From an uncultured Bacteroidales bacterium (lineage in GTDB: Bacteria; Bacteroidota; Bacteroidia; Bacteroidales; VadinHA17), in assembly GCA_963780735.1 (NCBI GenBank), contig CAWADB010000001.1, positions 53,205 through 117,204 of the forward strand: a stretch of 64,000 nt of DNA, read 5' to 3'. Position 1 is the first letter of the stretch. Every line of letters starts with the position of its first letter. Position numbers and translations under genes: made by a program. The notes under the pieces are model-generated. The model saw nothing but the letters and a program-made list of their open reading frames with translations. It did not search any database and had not been told where the DNA came from. Shown here piece after piece: positions 29,248 through 38,135 of this stretch.

Positions 29248-32200
29248 ACCTCCTCGATAATATCCTTTTCAACGTACCACAGCCACGACTTCACATTCTC
29301 ATACCCCATCTGCCCCAGTAGTTCACGGTAACCTGCAGCCTGGCGGCGGTGACGGTCAGACGGCTCCCCGAATTTATAGTCCACCACGGTGACGCTGTTG
29401 CCTTTCATCATCACCCTGTCGGGCCTGCGGGCGGCGCCCGAGGGCAATATGATGGTAGCCTCTGTCTTCACGGCGGAAGAGCCGTCGAACCACTCTCTCA
29501 CCTTACCTGAGGAGAGCATCTCACGTACCCGCGAGGTCATCAGATCTTTCTGTGACAGAGGAAGAAGTCCGTTATCACATACATGACCAATTGCATTGTC
29601 AATATCGGAAGTACGCAGTAACCCTGCTCAGCAGCTCATGCATCATGATGCCATATGCTCTTCCGCCGGGTTCGGCAACTTTCATCTCGTCAAGCGGGAG
29701 GGCGCCGCCCGTCCTGAGCTTCATGGTGCCACGAAGCCCGGAGACAGTATACTCTTCCATTATCATGGCATCCTCCTCCCTGGTAACAGGTGCTGGCGGC
29801 AGCTCACCGTAATCAAAGTGCCTGACTGTGTCATTCTCCTGCCAGACAAAATCTTCGGGCAGCCCCCTGAGAGCTTCATTGAGGAGGCTCTCGGCATTGC
29901 CTCCGCCGGCAGGCATGCGCAAAATCTCGGGTGCCATTATATAAAGGGCATCTATAGCTCTTGTGAAAGCAACATAAAGAAGATTGACACCGTCAATCCA
30001 CTCTGATGTTCTCTCCATTTTTGCCTGTTCAGCAAAGAGCGAACTATCAAGACGGCTGGTCAGTTCAGGCAGCACCACCGGCATAGGGGCGAAAGCATCA
30101 GGCACATCTGAGACCCACAGAAGCGGACGGCTGTAACCGCGTTTTTGGAAGTCCCACGACACAAAGGGTATGATCACCACGCTGCTCTGGAGACCCTTTG
30201 CCTTGTGGACTGTCATCACGCGTATCGCTTCCTGGCAGTCCGACTGACCGAGAGTACTCTTGTAACCGTCACTCTCCCACCATGATACAAATGAGGATAT
30301 ATCCGAACTGTATCTGCCTGAGTACTGAAGCACAAGATCCTGGAAGGAGCTCAGGTATGCCACATTCTCCCTGTGACTTCCAAGGCTGAAGTAACGGATC
30401 ATGTCTTCAGTGGCACTGAACAGCGATGCGTTTCTGAACCTGACGAGGGCATCCTCCCACCCTTCCGGCAATGGGTTGTCAGTAACAACCTTACTGTCAG
30501 CAGCATATATCAACTCTTCCTTGCCTTCCGTTGCCAGTATGAATGATCTGACCATCAGGCTCCTGTTTAAACGGCTGCCCGGATCGACAAGGTACCGCAG
30601 GCAGGAAAGAAGCAGAGTGACGGCAGGGTTGCGTTCAAGATAGAGCGATTCACCCGAGGTCACCTCGAAATTGTACCTGGCAAGTTTCTCCGGCGGACAT
30701 GATGCGCTGTGCTCGAGTATGGAGCTGATAATGCTCTTGCCCTCCTCGTTGGTGCGACAGAGGAACAGTATGTCATTGGCCTTGTAGCCATGATCCTGAA
30801 GCTCTTCGACAAGAGAGGGAATATCATTCAGTACCTTGTCTCTCCAGCCTTCATCCTCTGATTTTCTGTACAGCGAAACCTTTATAAAGCCTCCAGGTTT
30901 CCCGTCGGTTCCTTCCTGCACTGATCCGCTGTAGATATCACTGATCTTCATTCTGTCAGAATTCAGCTTCGCATCACAAATGGACGGTATTGAGGCCGGA
31001 GCAAACATCAGGTTATTGAATCTGATGATGTTTTTGCGGCTGCGGTAATTTTTACTCAGGGGTATTGTCCTTACGGTGTCATCTCCGAATGTACGGTTCA
31101 CCTCCGAGTGAATTATGCGCCAGTCGCTGTTGCGCCACCGGTAAATAGACTGTTTGACGTCACCCACAACCAGGTTGTCCTTGCCGCGCGCCAGGGTCTC
31201 CGAGATAAGCGGTCTGAAATTGTTCCATTGTATCTGTGATGTGTCCTGGAACTCGTCTATCACATAATGATCATAGGCCGTGCCGATCTTCTCATAGATA
31301 AACGGAGTATCGTCATCGGCTATCAGCCTGTTGATCAGTTCGCCGGAGTCGGAAAGGAGGAATATGTTTTCATCCTGGGCCAGGGTGCGCACCCTTTCGC
31401 TGATTGCTCCCAGTATACCCATTATATGAATGGTTCTAACCTGCTCAACAGCTGAGACATAGAGCTGATATCTTTTCTCAAACATTGAGGAGATGGCAGT
31501 AACAACATCACCCAGGCCTTTGCTCAGTGCCTCCTGAAAAGTCTTTACCAAATGCTGAGGTGCACCTCCGGATAAGTACTTTGCTTCTCCGGCCGCTTTC
31601 TGCCAGGCGCTGCCAGGGGGTTTAACGACTCCGTCGGCATATCTCCGGAGCATCTCACCTACCCCGCCCTTGGTTTTGGAAAGGAAGTCATCAGGGGTCA
31701 TGCCGCAACCCTCGTATATTGACACTCCACTTGCGGCGAGCGACCTGAGTTCAGATTCAAAACCTTTCTTTATCCTGAATACCTTTTCTGTATAATCGTT
31801 CAGTATCTCATAATTGCTGATCGCTTTTTTGTCAGCCGGACTCAGCTGCCTGAAGTTCTCACCGAATATCTGTTCCGCCACCTCCATTATCTCGCGGCGC
31901 ACATCCCAGCCTTTGTTGTCATCGAGACGGGAGGCAACGTATGATGAGATCCATCTTCTCAGCCTGGGGTCGGTGGCTACCTCTGCCAGGAGTCCGTCGA
32001 CAGCATCTGACAACAGAGCTTCGTGTTCCAGCTCCACTTCATAGCCTGCAGGGACTTCAATTTCACGGGCGAAGGCACGTATCACTCTCTGGAAGAATGA
32101 ATCTATCGTGCCGACGGTGAAGCGCGAATAATCCTGCAGTATGTTCTTCAGTGCCAGAGGTGCGTTCTTCCTGACTGTCAGCATCGCCTGCTCCGGGTCA

Positions 32201-32472
32201 GGATAAATATCGGGGAAGTTTTCGCACAGATATGCCACAAACTCATTCCTTTCAGCTACATCGCCGGCTTTGTCTGAACCCAGGGTGCCGAGGCGTTTGA
32301 GGATACGACTCTTCATCTCGGCGGCAGCACTGTTTGTGAATGTCACCGCCAGGATGCGGCGGTATGCTCCCGGGTCAGCAAGGATGCGGGAAAGATAAAA
32401 GCCTGTGAGGGCATGGGTCTTTCCTGACCCCGCCGATGCACTGTATCTCAATAACTTACCCGCAGCACTCAT
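29244..32472 (-). pseudogene. AddA/UvrD-like helicase with C-terminal PD-(D/E)XK nuclease domain (~1075 aa), one +1 frame break
   Basis: ORF 29599..32472 begins ...YSASAGSGKTHAL (Walker A), followed by VIDEFQDTS, NYRS, VMTVHKAKGL and LLYVAFTRA. It ends ...MMHELLSRVTAYFRY*. Dropping the base at about 29613 continues ...LSRVTA|TSDIDNAIGHVCDNGLLPLSQKDLMTSRVREML... into ORF 29244..29540. That ORF carries the nuclease motif RPDRVMM....VTVVDYKFG. Confidence 0.8.
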
Positions 32473-32548
32473 GTTCTGTAAAATAGTAAAAAATAAGCCA
32501 TATCTGATCCGTCATGCGAAGGAGTTTTCAACATATTGAGTTAAGAGC

Positions 32549-32556
32549 TACCTTTG
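32549..32556 (+). promoter_or_regulatory. -7 promoter box (TACCTTTG) 4 nt upstream of the mnmA GTG start
   Basis: Exact TAnnTTTG match. The whole divergent intergenic region is only 88 bp. Confidence 0.35.
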
Positions 32557-32560
32557 CGGC

Positions 32561-33760
32561 GTGAAAAAGAAGGTCGTTGTTGGTCTGTCGGGAGGAGTTG
32601 ACTCCAGCGTGGCGGCATGGCTCCTGAAGGAACAGGGCTATGAGGTTGAGGGAATATTTATGATCAACTGGCACGACAGCCGCGGGCTGCTTAAAGGTGA
32701 TTGTCCCTTTGACGAGGACGTCACCTATGCTGAGATGGTGGCAAAAAAGCTGCAGATTAAGCTTCGGACCGTCGATCTCAGCGTCGAATACCGCACAAGG
32801 GTCGTCGATTACATGTTCAGCGAGTATGCCCGTGGACGGACACCCAATCCTGATGTGCTCTGCAACCGCGAGATAAAGTTTGATTCTTTTGTGCGTGAAG
32901 CACTTAAGGACGGAGCTGATTATATAGCCACGGGTCACTACTGCCGGGCAGATGTGATAGATGTCTCAGGCAACCGGGTAACGCGCCTGCTGGCCGGTCT
33001 CGACCGCAACAAGGACCAGAGTTATTTCCTGTGCCAGGTGAGTCAGAAACAGCTTGAAAATGTCCTGTTTCCACTGGGTGCTCTTACCAAGCCCGAGGTG
33101 AGGAAGATCGCGGTGGATCTTGGCCTTGCGACGGCTACCCGCAAGGATTCGCAGGGAATCTGCTTCGTAGGCAAGGTGGACCTGCCTGTATTCCTGCAAC
33201 AGAAGCTTGAGGTAAAAAAAGGGAGAATCATCATCATACCGCCAGACAGTTCTTTCAGGATATGGCCTGACGGCCTGCCCGGCGAAGAGACAGGTGATTC
33301 CGTGCTGGCAGATATGTCCGCACCACACACGATAAGCCAGAGTGACGGCAAAACCGCAGGCGCGCATAACGGAGCCCACTTCTTTACCGTCGGTCAACGC
33401 AAGGGACTGAACCTCGGAGGTTATAAAGAGCCACTGTTTGTCCTGAGTACGGATACCGAAAGCAATATTGTGTATGTCGGTGAGGGACAGTCACACAGCG
33501 GCCTCCACCGTAAAGGTCTGTTCATCAGGGCCGCAGAGGTGCACTGGATAAGACCGGATCTGGCAATGGGTCCGGGAGAAGTCCGCGATTACCTTGTCAG
33601 GATAAGGTACCGGCAGCCGCTTCAGCGGGCACGTATCTTCGCCCGTGAGGAGGGTTACTATATCATCTTCGACAAACAACAGCGGGGCATCACTCCGGGC
33701 CAGTTTGCAGCCTGGTACGACGGCGACGAGCTGCTCGGCTCAGGGGTAATTCACCGATAG
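32561..33760 (+). CDS. mnmA: tRNA 2-thiouridine(34) synthase MnmA
   Basis: 399 aa. The GTG start gives MKKKVVVGLSGGVDSSVAAWLLKEQGYEVEGIFMINW (PP-loop). Further motifs are ...NPDVLCNREIKF....GADYIATGHY and KDQSYFL. An in-frame stop at 32537-32539 excludes an earlier start. Confidence 0.95.
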   Translation: MKKKVVVGLSGGVDSSVAAWLLKEQGYEVEGIFMINWHDSRGLLKGDCPFDEDVTYAEMVAKKLQIKLRTVDLSVEYRTRVVDYMFSEYARGRTPNPDVLCNREIKFDSFVREALKDGADYIATGHYCRADVIDVSGNRVTRLLAGLDRNKDQSYFLCQVSQKQLENVLFPLGALTKPEVRKIAVDLGLATATRKDSQGICFVGKVDLPVFLQQKLEVKKGRIIIIPPDSSFRIWPDGLPGEETGDSVLADMSAPHTISQSDGKTAGAHNGAHFFTVGQRKGLNLGGYKEPLFVLSTDTESNIVYVGEGQSHSGLHRKGLFIRAAEVHWIRPDLAMGPGEVRDYLVRIRYRQPLQRARIFAREEGYYIIFDKQQRGITPGQFAAWYDGDELLGSGVIHR

Positions 33761-33854
33761 GAGTTCTGAAAGTCGAAAGGCAGAAGGTAATGCAATATAA
33801 TAGTCTTGCAGTTCACTTAAATTCTTAATTGCTCAATTCCAGTTGCCGACTGTT

Positions 33855-33882
33855 GGCTACTGCCTACTGCCTACTGCCTGAC
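33855..33882. repeat. Tandem heptamer repeat (GGCTACT GCCTACT GCCTACT GCCTGAC)
   Basis: Four consecutive 7-bp units read directly from the sequence. The array abuts the nspC stop codon between the convergent mnmA and nspC genes. Confidence 0.8.
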
Positions 33883-35018
33883 TAAGAGAGCCTGTCCCTG
33901 TAATCGTTGTACCCGAACTCCCTTACCAGTCTGAACTTCTGATCAGCTGTCCATATACCTATTGAAGGATGAGGCACACCGTTGAACGTGGTGGTCTTGA
34001 CCATTGTGTAATGGATCATGTCCCAGAAGATTATTCTGTCGCCTCTCTTCAGCTCGCGATGGAACGACCAGTCGCCCATGAAGTCGCCTGATAGGCAGGA
34101 GTTGCCGCCCAAACGGTATGTCGGTTTTCCTTCGACAGGCTCAAAAGCGCCCATTATTACCGGTTTATATGGCATCTCAAGGCAGTCAGGCATGTGGGCG
34201 GTGAACGATACATCAAGGATTGCGGTGCTGATGCCGTCACGCACAACTATATCCTCTACCGTAGCCACCAGCTCACCGGTCTCCCAGGCAAAGGCACTCC
34301 CGGGTTCAAGGATGATATGTATGCCGTGCTTCTCCCTGAACCTGCGCAGCAGATTAATAAGGTGTTCGGTGTCATAGCCTTTTCTTGTCATCAGGTGTCC
34401 GCCTCCCATATTCAGCCACTTAAGCCCGGGCAGCAGGTGTCCGAATTTAGTTTCTACCACCTCCAGCACTTTCTCAAGAACAAAGGAATCAGACTTAAAT
34501 AGTACATGAAAATGCAGTCCCTCAATTCCTTGCGGCAAACCCTTTTCCAGTTCGGCTGCAGTCACACCCAGGCGTGAGCCGGGTGAACACGGATTGTATA
34601 AGCCTTGTGCTATCTCTGAATACTCCGGGTTAATCCGCAGGCCAGGAGAGACATGCTTCCCCTCCTGCTTCAGCACAGGTGCAAATTTCTCATACTGTGC
34701 GAGCGAGTTGAAGGTGACGTGTGAGCTGTAACGCAGTATCATACCGAACTCTTCACTGCGGAAGGCAGGAGCGTATGTATGTGCCGGAGCGCCCATCTCC
34801 TCAAAGCATAGCCGGGCTTCATGTATGGAGCTCGCCGCTGCCCCTGAGACATACTCACGCACTATGGGGAAAACAGACCACATGGCAAAGCCCTTGAAAG
34901 CAAGTATAATCTCAGCTCCCGAAGCCTGTGACACGTTCCTTATCAACTCCAGGTTACGGCGCAGGCGTTCTTCGTCGATAACATAACATGGTGACGGAAT
35001 GCTCTGGTAATCAATCAT
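33882..35018 (-). CDS. nspC: Carboxynorspermidine/carboxyspermidine decarboxylase
   Basis: ORF 33882..35123. The internal ATG at 35018 gives MIDYQSIPSPCYVIDEERLRRNLELI...ILAFKGFAMW, then ...NMGGGH and ...GNSCLSGD. This is the PLP-dependent decarboxylase fold typical of NspC. Its start overlaps the stop of the upstream synthase gene. Confidence 0.85.
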   Translation of the reverse strand: MIDYQSIPSPCYVIDEERLRRNLELIRNVSQASGAEIILAFKGFAMWSVFPIVREYVSGAAASSIHEARLCFEEMGAPAHTYAPAFRSEEFGMILRYSSHVTFNSLAQYEKFAPVLKQEGKHVSPGLRINPEYSEIAQGLYNPCSPGSRLGVTAAELEKGLPQGIEGLHFHVLFKSDSFVLEKVLEVVETKFGHLLPGLKWLNMGGGHLMTRKGYDTEHLINLLRRFREKHGIHIILEPGSAFAWETGELVATVEDIVVRDGISTAILDVSFTAHMPDCLEMPYKPVIMGAFEPVEGKPTYRLGGNSCLSGDFMGDWSFHRELKRGDRIIFWDMIHYTMVKTTTFNGVPHPSIGIWTADQKFRLVREFGYNDYRDRLS

Positions 35019-35019
35019 A

Positions 35020-36216
35020 TCACAATTCGAGGTCAATGTCGAATTTCTCATGCCATGGCAGACCGAGCCTGTTGAGCTCAGCCATGAACGGGTCGGGGTC
35101 AAACTGTTCCACGTTCCAGACACCGGGGTTTTTCCACAGTCCCTTTATGTACATCATGGCTCCTATTGCAGCAGGTACTCCCGTGGTAAAGCTCACTGCC
35201 TGCGTTCCTGTCTCCCTGTATGCTTCTTCGTGACTGCAGTTGTTCCAGATGTAGTATGTCTTTTCGGTTCCTTCCTTCGTTATGCCTTTTATCCGGCATC
35301 CGATTGAGGTCCAGCCTTTATAGTTCTCTCCAAGATCTCCGGGATTGGGCAGGACAGCCTTAAGGAACTGAATTGGAATTATTTCGACGCCGTTATACAT
35401 CACCGGGTCTATGCGTGCCATTCCGATATTCTGTATCACCCTCAGGTGGGTAAGGTATTCCTGGCCGAAGGTCATCCAGAAACGTGCCCGCCTGATTGAA
35501 GGGAAGTTTTTGACAAGAGACTCCAGTTCTTCATGATAGATAAGGTATGATTCCCTGGGGCCTATCCCCGGGTATGTAAGGGGTTTGTGTATTTCGTGCG
35601 GCTCCGTGGTCACCCATTTGCCGTCATCCCAGTATTTGCCTTTCTGGGTCACCTCCCGGATGTTGATTTCAGGATTGAAATTAGTAGCGAAGGGTTTTCC
35701 GTGATCGCCTGCATTGCAGTCTACGATATCGAGATAATGTATCTCGCGGAAATGATGTTTGGCAGCATGGGCAGTGAAGACGCCGGTTACTCCGGGATCA
35801 AAGCCGCAGCCAAGGATGGCAGTCAGTCCCGCTTCACGGAAGCGGTCTTTATATGCCCACTGCCATGAATATGCATATTTAGCTTCTTCGGGAGGCTCAT
35901 AGTTTGCAGTATCAAGATAAGCAACCCCAGTTGCAAGACATGCATCCATAATATGCAGGTCCTGGTAAGGCAAGGCAACATTGACAACAAGGTCAGGTTT
36001 GTATGATCTGATCAGATTTGTCAGTTCAGGCACATTGTCCGCATCAACCTGTGCTGTCTGCACCCTGTTCTTCCCGATCCGTTCAGCGATAATGTCACAC
36101 TTTGATCTGGTGCGGCTTGCCAGCATGATCTCCGTAAAGACTTCAGGAAGCCGTGCCATCGTATTGACAACCACTGTTCCGACGCCTCCCGCGCCTATTA
36201 CTAACACTTTTCCCAT
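35020..36216 (-). CDS. Saccharopine-dehydrogenase-family carboxynorspermidine synthase
   Basis: ORF 35020..36318. The ATG at 36216 gives MGKVLVIGAGGVGTVVVNTMA (Rossmann GxGxxG). The length is about 399 aa. Pairing with nspC defines the alternative (nor)spermidine pathway. Confidence 0.85.
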   Translation of the reverse strand: MGKVLVIGAGGVGTVVVNTMARLPEVFTEIMLASRTRSKCDIIAERIGKNRVQTAQVDADNVPELTNLIRSYKPDLVVNVALPYQDLHIMDACLATGVAYLDTANYEPPEEAKYAYSWQWAYKDRFREAGLTAILGCGFDPGVTGVFTAHAAKHHFREIHYLDIVDCNAGDHGKPFATNFNPEINIREVTQKGKYWDDGKWVTTEPHEIHKPLTYPGIGPRESYLIYHEELESLVKNFPSIRRARFWMTFGQEYLTHLRVIQNIGMARIDPVMYNGVEIIPIQFLKAVLPNPGDLGENYKGWTSIGCRIKGITKEGTEKTYYIWNNCSHEEAYRETGTQAVSFTTGVPAAIGAMMYIKGLWKNPGVWNVEQFDPDPFMAELNRLGLPWHEKFDIDLEL

Positions 36217-36428
36217 AACTCTTTTTTGAAGGTTATGCACAAAGTTAATTTTTTTAGACATTTTTTCCCGACCTCCGACGCGGTATCTATAAAAGTTATA
36301 TTTTTGCAGACATATCAATTTATTGTCTTTTATGGACGATTATCACGCGAGCTGCTATTTTAAATTCTTTCTGCTGAGGTAATCTGGCAACAGGTACCTC
36401 CGTGGAACTAAAAAGAGGAGGTATTATA

Positions 36429-37359
36429 ATGATTACTTACTGGCAGATGATCCCGAACGGTCTCCTTCCGTTAAACACATTTGAAAAGGGCTGCATTGTC
36501 AACGTCACTGATCCTACTCCTTCGGAGATAGGAATACTTAAATCCACTCTCAGGGTACCTGATGATTTTCTTGCTGATATACTTGACGTTGACGAGAGGT
36601 CGAGGATGGAGATTGAGGACGATATCCTGCTGATGATTTACCGTATTCCCTATCAGAATCAGTCAAACGGTTTTCCGTTCACTACCATCCCACTCGGGAT
36701 AGTCCTTGAGAAAGATAATCTCGTGATCATCTGTCACAGGAACAATGAGGTGCTTGATGATTTCTTCAGCCGGAGCGGAAAAGGGGATAACAATTGAGAA
36801 CAAGATCGATCTGATCCTTCATCTCTTCCTGAGGACCACGATGTTTTACCACAGGTATCTGAAGCAGATAAACAACCAGACCGCCATGATAGAGCAGGAT
36901 CTTGAAAAATCGACACGCAACCAGGAGTTGCACAGACTGCTGAAGATGGAAAAGTGCCTTGTCTATTTCACAACCTCCCTGAGATCAAATGAGATGATGA
37001 TGCTCAAGCTGAAGAACTCAAAGTGGATACGTGACTATGAGTTCTCTGCCGACCTCCTTGACGAAGCTACCATTGAGAACAGGCAGGCTATCGAGATGGC
37101 AAAGATTTACAGCGACATCCAGAGCGGTATGATGGATGCCTTTGCTTCCGTCATCTCAAACAATCTGAACATTGTGATGAAATCACTCACCATAATCACA
37201 ATCATTTTAATGATCCCGACGCTGGTCGCCAGTATTTACGGCATGAATGTCCCCAACAGGCTGGAGAACAACATGAACGCATTCTTGTTCATTCTGGGAG
37301 GTTCAGCTATCCTGGCAGTCATGGGAGTGCTTTTCCTGAGGAGAAAGAAATGGATGTAA
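36429..37359 (+). pseudogene. corA: CorA-family magnesium/cobalt transporter, one +1 frame break
   Basis: ORFs 36402..36797 and 36745..37359 join at about 36780 (ggaaaagggg): ...NNEVLDDFFSRS|EKGITIENKIDLILHLF... The C-terminus has two TM helices and the signature VASIYGMNVPN (GMN motif). Confidence 0.85.
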
Positions 37360-37412
37360 TCTCCGGCAACAGGCTGGCTCTGTTTTACCAGGTCATTCTG
37401 GAGGAACTGACC

Positions 37413-38135
37413 TTAATGAGGAGTGCTTAAATAATCCCTTATCTTCTCAAGGTTGGCCGGAGTGCCGCAGTCGAACCAGTAACCCTCATTATGAGGATAA
37501 GTCATTATTCGATTTTTGCCGGCCAGCATCAGATAAAGTGATGTCATGGTGTATATTCCGGCTGGCATCTTATCAAATACTTCGGGAGACAGTACATGTA
37601 TCCCTGAGAAGGCTATCTCTTCCAGTCCTTTGCTGCTGCTTACCGTTATTATCTCTTCCTTTATTGCAACGTTTCGCCATCCCCGGATTCTGCCTGACTT
37701 ATCAACGAGATAAAACCTGTTTCCCGGCCGGTGCCTTACAGCCAGGGTTGCCAGCGCTCCGGAAGCGAGATGTTGTTGGTACATATCACTGATATCCAGA
37801 TCGGTAAAAATATCCACATTATAGCAGAGAAACGGCTCGTCTGTGAAAAAGTGACGGGCTCTCATCAGGCCTCCTCCGGTGTCAAGGAGTTCGTCGGTTT
37901 CATCCGAGATAGTAATATTGAACCCGTCAATGCGGAGTTTTTCTATCTCCTCTGCCATAAGCGCCGGATGATGGTGGATATTGACAATCAGGTCATTAAA
38001 ACCCGCCGACGAAAGTTTCTCAGCTGTAAGACGCAGTGCTGTTTTTCCATTTATGTCCACCAGGGCCTTTGGCTTCTCCCGGCTCAGCTCACCGAGCCGG
38101 GTGCCGAGGCCTGCAGCAAAGATCATGGCCTTCAT
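37413..38135 (-). CDS. murU: Sugar-1-phosphate nucleotidyltransferase, MurU-like (N-acetylmuramate alpha-1-phosphate uridylyltransferase)
   Basis: 240 aa starting MKAMIFAAGLGTRLGELSREKPKALV (the NTP-transferase G-x-G-T-R motif), with ...DTGGGL later. It lies directly downstream of an AmgK-type kinase and overlaps it by 4 nt. Confidence 0.7.
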   Translation of the reverse strand: MKAMIFAAGLGTRLGELSREKPKALVDINGKTALRLTAEKLSSAGFNDLIVNIHHHPALMAEEIEKLRIDGFNITISDETDELLDTGGGLMRARHFFTDEPFLCYNVDIFTDLDISDMYQQHLASGALATLAVRHRPGNRFYLVDKSGRIRGWRNVAIKEEIITVSSSKGLEEIAFSGIHVLSPEVFDKMPAGIYTMTSLYLMLAGKNRIMTYPHNEGYWFDCGTPANLEKIRDYLSTPH

